From positions 1-51,391 of the forward strand of contig JBDKUN010000002.1 of the NCBI GenBank assembly GCA_039679675.1: 51,391 nucleotides of DNA, written 5' to 3'. A program made the translations under genes and the position numbers. The number at the start of each line of letters is the position of its first letter. The stretch's first letter is position 1. A model generated the notes under the pieces. The model did no database searches, was not told the DNA's origin, and saw only the letters and a program-made list of their open reading frames with translations. The stretch is from Armatimonadota bacterium (GTDB taxonomy: Bacteria > Armatimonadota > UBA5829 > DTLH01). Below are positions 28,781 through 38,195 of the stretch, piece after piece.

Positions 28781-28840
28781 GTGCTATCACCTCCTTCCAT
28801 TTTGTCATTCATATCAATATCCCCTTTCAAAAATGGATAC

Positions 28841-31360
28841 CTAATAAACTTTTACCCTATGAGCAAAGCGCATTTCGATGGATGGGATGCTCTCTTTCAG
28901 TGCATCGATTATCTCACTCGGCCTGCCGCTAGTAAGTCTCGCGCGGATAACGCCGGTGCATCCATCTTCGCTGTGCCCGTTCAGCAGTTCAATCGACTCG
29001 ATACCGGGTCTGATATCTACCTGCTTGAATCCTTGTTCTTTCTTTCTGGCTATCACCAGGCTCTCGCTTGATAAGAGCGTCTTGATAGCTGTGTCCATAT
29101 TGCCGTTACGAGTCCCCATTACACCGATCAGGTATTCGCTGCCACAAATCGCCGGGGACTTGCGCCCGTCAACCTCTACTGCCGATTTTATGCTTAACCC
29201 ATTCGGCAGTGCTGAGTTCAGCGCGCGGACAAACTCAACTGGATCAATTCTTTTTGCCAGCTCAATAGTCATCGGTTCAGATTCTCCGGTCGTTCCGACT
29301 GAGAGCTGAGTGTAAAACGACATTCTAGGCCGTGGGTTAAACCCTTCAGAGTAAGAAACCGGCACCCCGGCACGTCTTACAGCACGCTCGAAGACTCTCA
29401 CAAGATCCAGGTGCGACAAGTACCTGAGGTTTGCTCCCTTCGAGTAGATCAATCTGAACCATACTCGTGTGTGTTCAGCTTTTTCCTCCGGCTGCTCGGA
29501 ATAAACACCCTCTGCAGCCTCATTCTTGGGGCTGCATACTCCGCACTCGTCAGAACTGCCGAGAAATTCTTTCATTCCGCAGTTGAGACAGACCCCAAAA
29601 CGGCAGTCAGGCAGTGCTTTTGTCTGTTCCGCAAGCTTGTCCTGTGCCATGAGCCATTTCTTGGTCACGCCGCAGTCGATATGCTCCCAGGGCAGGGGAG
29701 CGTCGTAGCTTTTTGGACTGTGAGCAATTGAATCGGCATCTACTCCGCATTCATTGAACGCTTCCTGCCATCTTTCGTAATTAAATCGGTCGTCCCAGCC
29801 GTCGAACTTCGAGCCCGCCTCCCACGCTTTCAGAATCGTTGGGCCAAGCTCACGTCCACCGTTTGCAAAAACGGCTTCGAGTTCGCTCATGGCTGTGTCA
29901 TGCCATGAGATTGAAACCGATCTGTGCCTCAGCCTCGACCTGAGCATCTCTATCTTTCGTTTGAGCTCCTCGATCCTGTCCTGCGCCCGCCACTGGAAGG
30001 GTGTAAAAGGCTTTGGAACGAAGGACGATACTCCCACGTTTATCGAAAGCGGCCGTCTCTTCGCCCGTGCTAAGTCCAGCACTTTGTATACCAGGTCTGC
30101 AATCGCTGAGACATCTTCGTCGGTCTCTGTCGGGAGCCCGATCATGAAATAAAGCTTTATCTTGCGCCAGCCGCATTCAATTGCTGTCTCTACGGCTTCC
30201 AGCAGGTCAGCCTCAGTCACATTCTTATTTATAACGTCCCGTAAGCGCTGTGTCCCGGCTTCAGGCGCAAAAGTAAGCCCGGATTTTCTGACTTTCTGAA
30301 TCTCCGCCGCGAACCTGACGCATCCGGCATCCGCTCTTATCGATGGAAGCGAGACTCCGATCCGCTCCGACTCATATTTCGCGATCAAATCGTGTACAAG
30401 CTGCTCGATTCCAGTGTAATCTGCGCTTGAAAGGGACATCAGCCCGATCTCATCATAACCTGTAGCAGCAAGGAGTGTTGCGGCCTGCTCTTTGATCTTG
30501 CCTATGGACTTTTCCCGCACCGGCCTTGTAATCATGCCCGCCTGGCAGAACCGGCATGTGCGGGTGCATCCACGCATTATTTCGAGTGCCACCCGGTCAT
30601 GAATCGTCTCTACGAACGGCACGATCATTTTGTCCGGGTAGTCTACCGATTCAAAATCTCTGACAACCGTCCGCCGCACCTGCGTAGGCACTTTGTCGTC
30701 GATTGGTGCTAATCTGCCGTCTTTTTGCTCATAAAGAGACGGGACATATACGCCTTCAATTGCTGCGAGTGCTAAAAGCAGCTTCCGGCGGTCAGCCTTA
30801 TGCTCTTTGTATACATCGACGATTTTATGCACGACTTCTTCACCGTCGCCGATGGCAAATGCGTCAATGAATTCTGCCATTGGTTCCGGGTTGACTGCGC
30901 AGTGGCCTCCGGCGATGATGAGCGGGTGTGACTCGTCGCGCTCGGAACTCTTAAGCGGGATGCCTGCAAGGTCGAGCATATTGAGGACGTTGGTGTAGGT
31001 AAGTTCGTAGGCAAGCGAAAAGCCGATTATATCAAAGCTTTGTACCGGAACGAACGATTCCAGGGCGTACAACGGCAACTGCGCCTCCCGCATGGCATCT
31101 TCCATGTCTGCGGCAGGTGCAAATACGCGTTCCGCCGCCGTGTCGTTACGGCGGTTTAGTGTGTGGTAGAGGATCTTGATGCCGAGATTCGACATTCCGA
31201 CCTCGTACACGTCAGGGAATGCGAGTGCAAAGAGGACCTCAACACTGGCATGGTCCTTCTTTACTTCACCCAGCTCCCCGCCGGTATAACGTGCCGGTCC
31301 TCTCACCTTCAGCAGGATACTCTCTACCAGATCACGTATCCCGGTGAGCCGGAGCTCCAA
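28841..31360 (-). CDS. Fused TIGR03960 B12-binding radical SAM / TIGR03936 radical-SAM-linked protein
   Basis: PARYTGGE, FPDVYEVGMSNLG, CTRTCRFC; C-terminal RYLSHLDL..FERAVRRA..SEGFNPRP. Confidence 0.9.
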   Translation of the reverse strand: MELRLTGIRDLVESILLKVRGPARYTGGELGEVKKDHASVEVLFALAFPDVYEVGMSNLGIKILYHTLNRRNDTAAERVFAPAADMEDAMREAQLPLYALESFVPVQSFDIIGFSLAYELTYTNVLNMLDLAGIPLKSSERDESHPLIIAGGHCAVNPEPMAEFIDAFAIGDGEEVVHKIVDVYKEHKADRRKLLLALAAIEGVYVPSLYEQKDGRLAPIDDKVPTQVRRTVVRDFESVDYPDKMIVPFVETIHDRVALEIMRGCTRTCRFCQAGMITRPVREKSIGKIKEQAATLLAATGYDEIGLMSLSSADYTGIEQLVHDLIAKYESERIGVSLPSIRADAGCVRFAAEIQKVRKSGLTFAPEAGTQRLRDVINKNVTEADLLEAVETAIECGWRKIKLYFMIGLPTETDEDVSAIADLVYKVLDLARAKRRPLSINVGVSSFVPKPFTPFQWRAQDRIEELKRKIEMLRSRLRHRSVSISWHDTAMSELEAVFANGGRELGPTILKAWEAGSKFDGWDDRFNYERWQEAFNECGVDADSIAHSPKSYDAPLPWEHIDCGVTKKWLMAQDKLAEQTKALPDCRFGVCLNCGMKEFLGSSDECGVCSPKNEAAEGVYSEQPEEKAEHTRVWFRLIYSKGANLRYLSHLDLVRVFERAVRRAGVPVSYSEGFNPRPRMSFYTQLSVGTTGESEPMTIELAKRIDPVEFVRALNSALPNGLSIKSAVEVDGRKSPAICGSEYLIGVMGTRNGNMDTAIKTLLSSESLVIARKKEQGFKQVDIRPGIESIELLNGHSEDGCTGVIRARLTSGRPSEIIDALKESIPSIEMRFAHRVKVY

Positions 31361-31624
31361 TATGTGCCAACTTTCTTAGGCCTGGCCTGTTTCGCCGGCC
31401 AAATATATATAAAGCTGGTGAGGGTTACCCCGCCAGCCGTAAAAATCCTATTTCAATCATATTATACCATTCATGCACCCCATGGTCAATTTTCGCAGGG
31501 CTAAAGTGGGACAGGGGTTGGGGGATAGAATAGTTGACCAGTCCGGGCGGCATGAGAAGTGCGTAATTTTGCATTGCCTTCTCATATTCCTCAGTCCATG
31601 CAACCCCTATCCCCTATATATTCG

Positions 31625-32428
31625 TCAGCGGCAGAGTTTCTTTACCCCTGCTGTGATTACGAGTATGGCTGAAAGTACCGCCACAATGGTCGGACCGGAA
31701 GGCAGGTCTTTGGTGAACGATAGGCTGAGCCCCGCGAATGTGGCTACTCCTGCAGCAGCGATGGCAATGCCGTATGCTCTTCCGAGCCGGTCGGTTATAA
31801 GAAGCGCGGTTACTGCGGGGACTACAAGGAAGCCGAATACCAGAAGGGCTCCTGCAAGCCTGATCGCAAACGCTATCGTTACTCCCAATGTCAGAAAAAA
31901 CAGCAGGTCCCACGCTCCTGATCGATATCCTGCTGCCCGTGCGGTATCTGCATCGAGTCCGGTGAACAGGAACTGCTTGCCGAATGCAAAATGCAGGCAG
32001 GCTACTACACCGGCCACGATTGCCATATACATGATCTCCTGCGGCATAACCGTCAGGATATTTCCTGAGAGGACATCCAGCAGATGTGCCTCTCCCTGTG
32101 CGCTTTTTGCGACGAACAATACCGCAAGCGCCGAGGCCATTACATATCCGACACCTATCAGGCTCTCTCTGGTGGTCCTGCGGTCGGTCGACCTGAACGA
32201 AAATATGATCACTCCCACGATTGTAAGCGCAAGCGAGATGAGTGACGGGTTCAGCCCGAAGAGAAGCGCAAGCCCGATGCCTGCTGCCGAGACCTGTGAA
32301 AGCATCGCTCCGACAAAGACCACCCGCCTGAGCACGACATGCACTCCAAGATATGCACAGACTACCCCGACAATCAGGCTTGCCATAAGCGCGCTCCTCA
32401 TAAATGGGTCTTGAAACGTATTCAGCAT
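31625..32428 (-). CDS. Metal (Zn/Mn) ABC transporter permease, ZnuB-like
   Basis: Polytopic membrane protein, GALLV...PA and DLPSGPTIV motifs. Confidence 0.88.
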   Translation of the reverse strand: MLNTFQDPFMRSALMASLIVGVVCAYLGVHVVLRRVVFVGAMLSQVSAAGIGLALLFGLNPSLISLALTIVGVIIFSFRSTDRRTTRESLIGVGYVMASALAVLFVAKSAQGEAHLLDVLSGNILTVMPQEIMYMAIVAGVVACLHFAFGKQFLFTGLDADTARAAGYRSGAWDLLFFLTLGVTIAFAIRLAGALLVFGFLVVPAVTALLITDRLGRAYGIAIAAAGVATFAGLSLSFTKDLPSGPTIVAVLSAILVITAGVKKLCR

Positions 32429-33168
32429 CGCTTGCCTCCCGCAATTACTATCCGATGGCCTTCCATATCGGCAACACGGACTTCTGTCCCGTATGCTGTA
32501 GTAAGATTGGCTGGAGACAGAATATCATCGACCGCACCTACCGTAATTTTCCCGTCTATGATCAGAGCGATGTTCTTTGCATAGCCTGAGACCACATTGA
32601 GCAGGTGGCTTACCATAATGACCGTTATACCATGCTCTTTATGCAAGTGATGGAGCAAGTCCATTATGGCTGCTTCGCCTGCGATGTCCATATCGTTCGT
32701 AGGTTCATCGAGTATCATGACTCGGGGCTCGCACGCGAGCGCCCTTGCTATCAAAGTCCTTTGTTTTTGTCCGCCGGACAGGTTTCTGTAAGGCCGGTCT
32801 GCGAGATGTCCCATTCCGACATCCGAAAGGCACTCAAGCGCCATTTTCCGGTCCTTGCGCGAGGGCCGTGAAAGTGGCCCCAAGAGTGAATAGCGTCCCA
32901 TCAGTGTTATGTCGAGCGCTGTCAGGGGGTAAATTTCATCTATATGCTGGCTCTGAGGGACATAGCCGAACCTTATGCCGGGAGTTCGCTTTATCTCGCC
33001 ATGCCTGGGTTTGATAATACCCAGAATAGCCTTGAGCAGTGTGCTTTTTCCCGATCCGTTCGGTCCGACTATTGCCAGAAAGTCCCCCTCCGGGACCGAA
33101 AAGTCGATCCCGGAGAGTGTCCATCCGCGCCCGTAAGCCAGCTCTACATTTTCGAGCCGGATTATCAT
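32422..33168 (-). CDS. Metal ABC transporter ATP-binding protein, ZnuC-like
   Basis: GPNGSGKST, GYVPQ, LSGGQKQR, LDEPT, VSH. Confidence 0.93.
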   Translation of the reverse strand: MIIRLENVELAYGRGWTLSGIDFSVPEGDFLAIVGPNGSGKSTLLKAILGIIKPRHGEIKRTPGIRFGYVPQSQHIDEIYPLTALDITLMGRYSLLGPLSRPSRKDRKMALECLSDVGMGHLADRPYRNLSGGQKQRTLIARALACEPRVMILDEPTNDMDIAGEAAIMDLLHHLHKEHGITVIMVSHLLNVVSGYAKNIALIIDGKITVGAVDDILSPANLTTAYGTEVRVADMEGHRIVIAGGKRC

Positions 33169-34067
33169 CTGAGCGCCCCCGCAACTTCGCTTGTAATCCT
33201 GTCCATAAGCTCGAAGTAGTTATTGATACCTCTTGCACCGCCTATGGATGCAGGGACTTCGACTACCTTTGCTCCGGTCGCACGAGCGACCATATCGGAG
33301 TATTTACGCGGGTAGAACGGTTCGGTCATGATCAGCTTCACCTTCTCACGTTTCATGCTCGATATAAGCTCGCTGATGTGTGATGGTGACGGCGGAATTC
33401 CCGGTTTGGTCTCGACATTGTCGAACTCTTTCAATCCGAAGCGCCGCAGGAAGTAGACCCATGTTTTGTGATAAGTGACGACCTGTTCGCCCTTGCAGGA
33501 AGCAAGCCGAGATTTCCATTCCGGCATTTTTCTATCGATTTTATCTGCGAAGGCTTCGTAGTTCTTCCTGAAATAGTCCGTGTCGGACGGGGAAACCCGC
33601 TTGAGCCCGACAAATATCGTAGACGCAATTACCTTTGCGTTTTCCGGGTCCAGCCAATAGTGTGGGTTGCCGTAAACATGGATATCTCCGCGCGAACCGT
33701 CAACTCTGCCTCTGGGAATTTCCAGTTTTCTGATGTTTTCCGATGCGTCGATGTAGCCTCTTCCGCCTCTGCTTATTTTTGAGTTGCGGGCGGCTTCGAT
33801 CAGGCTGTCTACCCACATATCGAGGTCCATTCCGATCCTCACTACCACGTCGGCATTTCTCAGTTTGACGACTTGGCTGGGCCGCGGCTCTACTGCGTGA
33901 GGGTTCTGAGTGCCGAGCATCAATGTTGTTACGGAAACCTTGGAGCCACCTACGGCCTTTGCAATGTCTCCAAGGTCGGTCGATGTCGCGACGACGTCGA
34001 TCTTTGCGATGGCCGGTATGGCCATCAGCGCGAATATGGCGGTTGAGATTATATATTTGAGTTTCAT
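33165..34067 (-). CDS. Metal ABC transporter substrate-binding protein, ZnuA/TroA-like
   Basis: NPHAVEPRP, NPHYWLDP, TYHKTW..F, ETKPGIPPS. Confidence 0.92.
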   Translation of the reverse strand: MKLKYIISTAIFALMAIPAIAKIDVVATSTDLGDIAKAVGGSKVSVTTLMLGTQNPHAVEPRPSQVVKLRNADVVVRIGMDLDMWVDSLIEAARNSKISRGGRGYIDASENIRKLEIPRGRVDGSRGDIHVYGNPHYWLDPENAKVIASTIFVGLKRVSPSDTDYFRKNYEAFADKIDRKMPEWKSRLASCKGEQVVTYHKTWVYFLRRFGLKEFDNVETKPGIPPSPSHISELISSMKREKVKLIMTEPFYPRKYSDMVARATGAKVVEVPASIGGARGINNYFELMDRITSEVAGALR

Positions 34068-34080
34068 TTTTTACATACTC

Positions 34081-35181
34081 CTATTGCAGTGCGTGACTGT
34101 GCGGCCCGATACCCCATACCATTTGCAAAAATACCTCGTTTGCTGATCCTGTGCTAGGGGCATCACTATGCTTGAACTGGCCTCGAAGGTAGGTGGATTC
34201 GTTCAGATACTTCGTAACGAATGTCGTCCAGCCGGTCTCCTTCCCAGTAGTAGGCGCTGGAAATTGCGTGTTATCGTATCTTGTCCCATATTCCCAGTAT
34301 CTGCCGGGTTTGTATGTTGCCAGCAGGTAGTAACCGCTTCGGGTATCGCTTTTACCACCGGGGTTGCTCCGGTGCATCATGTACTCGCTTCGAAGAAGAA
34401 GCTTGGTAAAAGCCGTAGGCCACCGTTGGTAGCTTAGGTCGATTCCGGTCAATGTGACATGGTCTCGATTGCTGGCGTTCAGTGGATCAACTCCGCTGCC
34501 ATGAAGCGCTGATAGGCCTAACTCGACCTCGGAAAGTTCGTTCACAGCTCTACTTAACGACAGCCTGCCTATCGAGACAAAATCATCTATGCCTGGTGGT
34601 TCAGCTTCGGTTTCAGTCCCATCATCTTCAGATTGTCCACCGACTCTGAATCTTCCGCCTTCGAAGTTAATAAACGTCGTTGTAGAAGGGAAAAGGTACG
34701 TCAGGCTGCCGCCCTGTATAAATAATCCATCTTCTCCAAGAAACGCCGTTACTACGGCTGGCTGGTCCGCATAGGGCCGGTGGTGCGGGTGGATGGGGTT
34801 GACCTTTCCGAACGGCGCCCGTAGCTTACCCAGCCGGGCTCCGAGTCCCCGTGCGCCGAGTTCTGAAATAGTGAGATAACCTTCTTCCAGCGATGCCTGA
34901 TAGGATTCTTCTTTTTCCATCGACACAATCGCGTCCGCCCGGACTCCGGGGTATACGCCGCTCTGAAAGGCTATTTCCAGTTCATTGAGGTTCAGGTTGT
35001 TTCTGTCCGTGAACGATTTATTCGTAGTAAAGTTGCCAAGCACATTTCCGATAACGCTGATGTCCGGCAACTGTAATGCCCGTCCGGCAGAAACTGCCTG
35101 CTCGTCGGGTTGTTCTGTTTGAGCTAATGCGACTGCAGGCACGAGCGCCAGCAGAAGTATGAATGCTCTTAATGTTCTCAA
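34081..35181 (-). CDS. Putative outer-membrane beta-barrel (porin-like) of the metal uptake operon
   Basis: Signal peptide, LPDISVIG, FGKVNPIHPH, amphipathic strands, C-terminal GPHSH. Confidence 0.7.
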   Translation of the reverse strand: MRTLRAFILLLALVPAVALAQTEQPDEQAVSAGRALQLPDISVIGNVLGNFTTNKSFTDRNNLNLNELEIAFQSGVYPGVRADAIVSMEKEESYQASLEEGYLTISELGARGLGARLGKLRAPFGKVNPIHPHHRPYADQPAVVTAFLGEDGLFIQGGSLTYLFPSTTTFINFEGGRFRVGGQSEDDGTETEAEPPGIDDFVSIGRLSLSRAVNELSEVELGLSALHGSGVDPLNASNRDHVTLTGIDLSYQRWPTAFTKLLLRSEYMMHRSNPGGKSDTRSGYYLLATYKPGRYWEYGTRYDNTQFPAPTTGKETGWTTFVTKYLNESTYLRGQFKHSDAPSTGSANEVFLQMVWGIGPHSHALQ

Positions 35182-35295
35182 TTAAATTCCCTCCGGTATG
35201 ATGTACAGGCGCGAGACGACGTCCACGCAGCGACGCGCGGCGACTCGTATCATCGGACCTGTCGATATTGATCAATTATGTTCGGGAACAGTCTG

Positions 35296-35649
35296 CTATA
35301 CCGGAGGTGCTCGGGGAGTAGAGGGTGAATTTGGTCGTTGGATTGACTTTGAAGCTGGTTCCTGGAAGTTATTTGCCAGTACCATGTGTGTAACGATACT
35401 GACTTGTGCCGGTGCTGTGATAGCAGTTGCGGCTTGTGTCCATGTACAAGCCGGGCACTCTGAGTGATTGTCTTGGTGCGCGCACCCACATGATCCGATC
35501 AGTGCCGGAAACTGATGGTCCGAAAGCCTGAGAATAGCATGGTTATGCCCCAGGTTGGCCCAAACACCTATCCACAGATAGATTGCGGCCACAACAAGTA
35601 TCAGTCTGCGATCAGATCGCATCATCCGCGCGGCGCGTGCGAACAACAC
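35296..35649 (-). CDS. DUF2946-like leader protein (signal/TM helix, CxxC, C-terminal RAPP)
   Basis: HQDNHSECPAC and terminal PRAPPV; GAGGAGGTG SD. Confidence 0.75.
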   Translation of the reverse strand: MLFARAARMMRSDRRLILVVAAIYLWIGVWANLGHNHAILRLSDHQFPALIGSCGCAHQDNHSECPACTWTQAATAITAPAQVSIVTHMVLANNFQEPASKSIQRPNSPSTPRAPPV

Positions 35650-35840
35650 AGGTAATCACCTCCTCTTATATCAATTACTGATTGTATTCTACTAGCTCAT
35701 CTGATAAGCGTCAATATTTGTGAAATTCGGGAGGGGCATCCAGTGTTCGGTGCAGTTTCTCTGCATATTTTCCACTCGGATGTTGGTAGAAGAGTGTAGA
35801 ACAGTTGTTCATAGGTTTAATTGCGGAAGAGGTATGCAAA

Positions 35841-36941
35841 ATGGCTAATGGCGGTAAAAAAAAGGGAATCGGGATAATCGGTTTTGGCGGGTTCGGGGAG
35901 TTTACCCGCAGGTCGTGGGATGAGATGGACAATGTCGAAGTCATAGCCGTATGCGACTCGGACCCTGTGCGTGCTCCGCTTGATGTTATGTTTTATCAGC
36001 AGGTCGGACCGCTTTTAGCTAATCCCCATGTCGATATCGTCTCGATTGCAACACCGCCTAATTCGCACAAAGACATCGCACTGATGGCGCTCGAAGCAGA
36101 AAAGCATGTACTGGTCGAAAAGCCGCTCGCGCTGAGTGAAGCGGACGCAAGGGAGATCAAGAGGACTGCCTTAAGAAATGAGCGTATCGCCTCAGTCGAT
36201 TTTGTGCTCAGATACAACCCAATAGTCGAGGAGTTGGAGGAGATTGTCCGGCAGGAAGTGCTCGGTAAACTTCGTCGCATTGACCTTAGGAACTACGCTA
36301 TGCTCGATCAGACTCCGGAAGGCCACTGGTTCTGGAACCCGCAGATAAGCGGGCGTATATTCCTCGAACATGGCGTGCATTTCTTCGATATAGCCCATTC
36401 TCTTACCCAGTCCAGTGCAAAAGAAGTGTGTGCTGTCTCTCAGGAGCGAAAACCGGGCATCGAAGACAGGGTTTTTGCCGCAGTAGTCTATGAAAACGGT
36501 GTGATCGGGACTTTCTGGCATTCATTTTCTCGTCCGCGTGCGCTTGAGACTACCACTTTTCACTTTGCGTTCGATCTGGGCGAAATAGACATCTTCGGCT
36601 GGATTCCATTGGACTTGAACATCTGGGGATGGACTGACAAACGCGGGCTGGAAGTCCTTCAAGCTCTGGAACCGAAGATTCATATCGACGAAGAACGGAT
36701 GCAGCCAGCAAAAGCAGCTTCATCGGAGTTTTTTTACGACGTTGAGTATGCAATACATGGGAAGTCGGCAATAGGCAGGCCGAAAATGGAAGTATACGCA
36801 GAAAACCTGCGTGCAATAATGAACGATTTTGTGCATGCAATAGATGAACCGGGACACAGTATGAGAGTGACGCTGGATGACGGCATCGAAGCAGTGCGAA
36901 CCGCAGAGATGGCAACGAAAGCGGTTACTGTGCGGACCTAA
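35841..36941 (+). CDS. Gfo/Idh/MocA oxidoreductase
   Basis: GIIGFGGFG, IATPPNSH, VLVEKP, EHGVHFFD. Confidence 0.92.
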   Translation: MANGGKKKGIGIIGFGGFGEFTRRSWDEMDNVEVIAVCDSDPVRAPLDVMFYQQVGPLLANPHVDIVSIATPPNSHKDIALMALEAEKHVLVEKPLALSEADAREIKRTALRNERIASVDFVLRYNPIVEELEEIVRQEVLGKLRRIDLRNYAMLDQTPEGHWFWNPQISGRIFLEHGVHFFDIAHSLTQSSAKEVCAVSQERKPGIEDRVFAAVVYENGVIGTFWHSFSRPRALETTTFHFAFDLGEIDIFGWIPLDLNIWGWTDKRGLEVLQALEPKIHIDEERMQPAKAASSEFFYDVEYAIHGKSAIGRPKMEVYAENLRAIMNDFVHAIDEPGHSMRVTLDDGIEAVRTAEMATKAVTVRT

Positions 36942-37058
36942 CCGGGACTGCTGCAGCCGTGATTTATCTATTGTGCCTTTGTTATTGACATGATAGACTG
37001 CAGGCAAAGATAGCCTGGCTGGCCAGGCATCGCCCAAAAGAGGATGGGGGAACCAAAA

Positions 37059-37277
37059 ATGCTTGAAAGCAGCAAAAACGGAAAGATTTGCCCGCTTCTG
37101 GCAGCATTTGGCGGGAGTCGTGACCAGGTGAGTTCCGGCGCGAACTGGGTATCCAAGTGCAAAGGCGCAGACTGCGCCTGGTGGGACGCCGCGCATAGCA
37201 ACTGCGCGGTCACTGTAATATCCAAAGAGTTGGGCGAGGTGCCGTCTATATCAGTGACGCCATCAGTTCCGGCATAG
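37059..37277 (+). CDS. Small cysteine-rich hypothetical protein
   Basis: CPLL...CxxxxCAWW...CA pattern; GGGGGA upstream. Confidence 0.55.
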   Translation: MLESSKNGKICPLLAAFGGSRDQVSSGANWVSKCKGADCAWWDAAHSNCAVTVISKELGEVPSISVTPSVPA

Positions 37278-37281
37278 CTCT

Positions 37282-37902
37282 TTATATTGCTCTTGCTTTA
37301 GCTGCCAGGCATATAGGCCATTTGGCGCGGACTTCAATAGGCTCAAGTCCGGCGTTTCTCATGGCTTCCTCAAGGGATTTTTTTGTGTACACCCGGGCGG
37401 GGATTCCTCGTTTGACTAGGTGACTTCTGTAGAACCGTCCGAACGCTCCGGCCATTGGTGCGACCACAGCGATTTCAGCCCCTTCTTTCGCCATGTTTCG
37501 AAGCGATCTCAAAAACGCGGCAGGATCGTTTGCGAACTCAAGGACCCCGGCGCAGAGCACGAAGTCGAACGGCGTCGGAAGCTCTTCCGGCGGAGCTGAG
37601 TACTCGATATCCATCACATAAGCTGGAAAACCGAGATTCCTTGCTATTTTCACCATCTCAGGAGAAATATCGATGGCCGTAACGTTGAACCCGCGTTCTT
37701 TTAGAAGCGCGGAATAGAAACACGGCCCGCACCCTGCATCGAGGGTATTCATCCCTTTTCCATCCTGAGGGATCATATTATATGTAATAGATACTTCTCT
37801 ACCCCTCAGCCATCCGCCGATACCACCGGACATACGCTCGTAATAGTTCGATGCTGCCTTGTTATAGTAGTCGAGAAGGATATTTCTTCCGTTCGATGTC
37901 AT
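37282..37902 (-). CDS. Class I SAM-dependent methyltransferase
   Basis: LDAGCGP, AIDISPEM, FDFVLCAGVLE. Confidence 0.88.
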   Translation of the reverse strand: MTSNGRNILLDYYNKAASNYYERMSGGIGGWLRGREVSITYNMIPQDGKGMNTLDAGCGPCFYSALLKERGFNVTAIDISPEMVKIARNLGFPAYVMDIEYSAPPEELPTPFDFVLCAGVLEFANDPAAFLRSLRNMAKEGAEIAVVAPMAGAFGRFYRSHLVKRGIPARVYTKKSLEEAMRNAGLEPIEVRAKWPICLAAKARAI

Positions 37903-38195
37903 AGTCTCACCTGGTAACTCTGTTGAATGTGGTAAAGGCAAAGTTGCCTTTCATAATGATAGGGCAATTAGACTTGAGGAGCAAGCGGTAAGATAAATCA
38001 TGTGCTAGTCGTACTTGATAAATGTGAAATATCTGCCATATAGGCTCGAAATATATATATTGTCAGAAGGTGATTGCTTGTATAAGGCAAAAACATGTGA
38101 TATAAAGAAATAAACAAGCTGATGGATTGGATATAAGATTAATAGGGGCTCCCGGCATGGATGTTAGGTAACCTGACCAATTAGGAGGTTTTGCT

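Noticed and set aside
28841..31360. Radical SAM fusion as a novelty
   Set aside because: TIGR03960/TIGR03936 fusions and their linkage to rne-rplU-rpmA are already known.
7920..33383. Many long antisense or overlapping ORFs (e.g. 7920-8597, 16505-17227, 31473-32414)
   Set aside because: Shadow frames of well-supported genes, without motifs or RBS.
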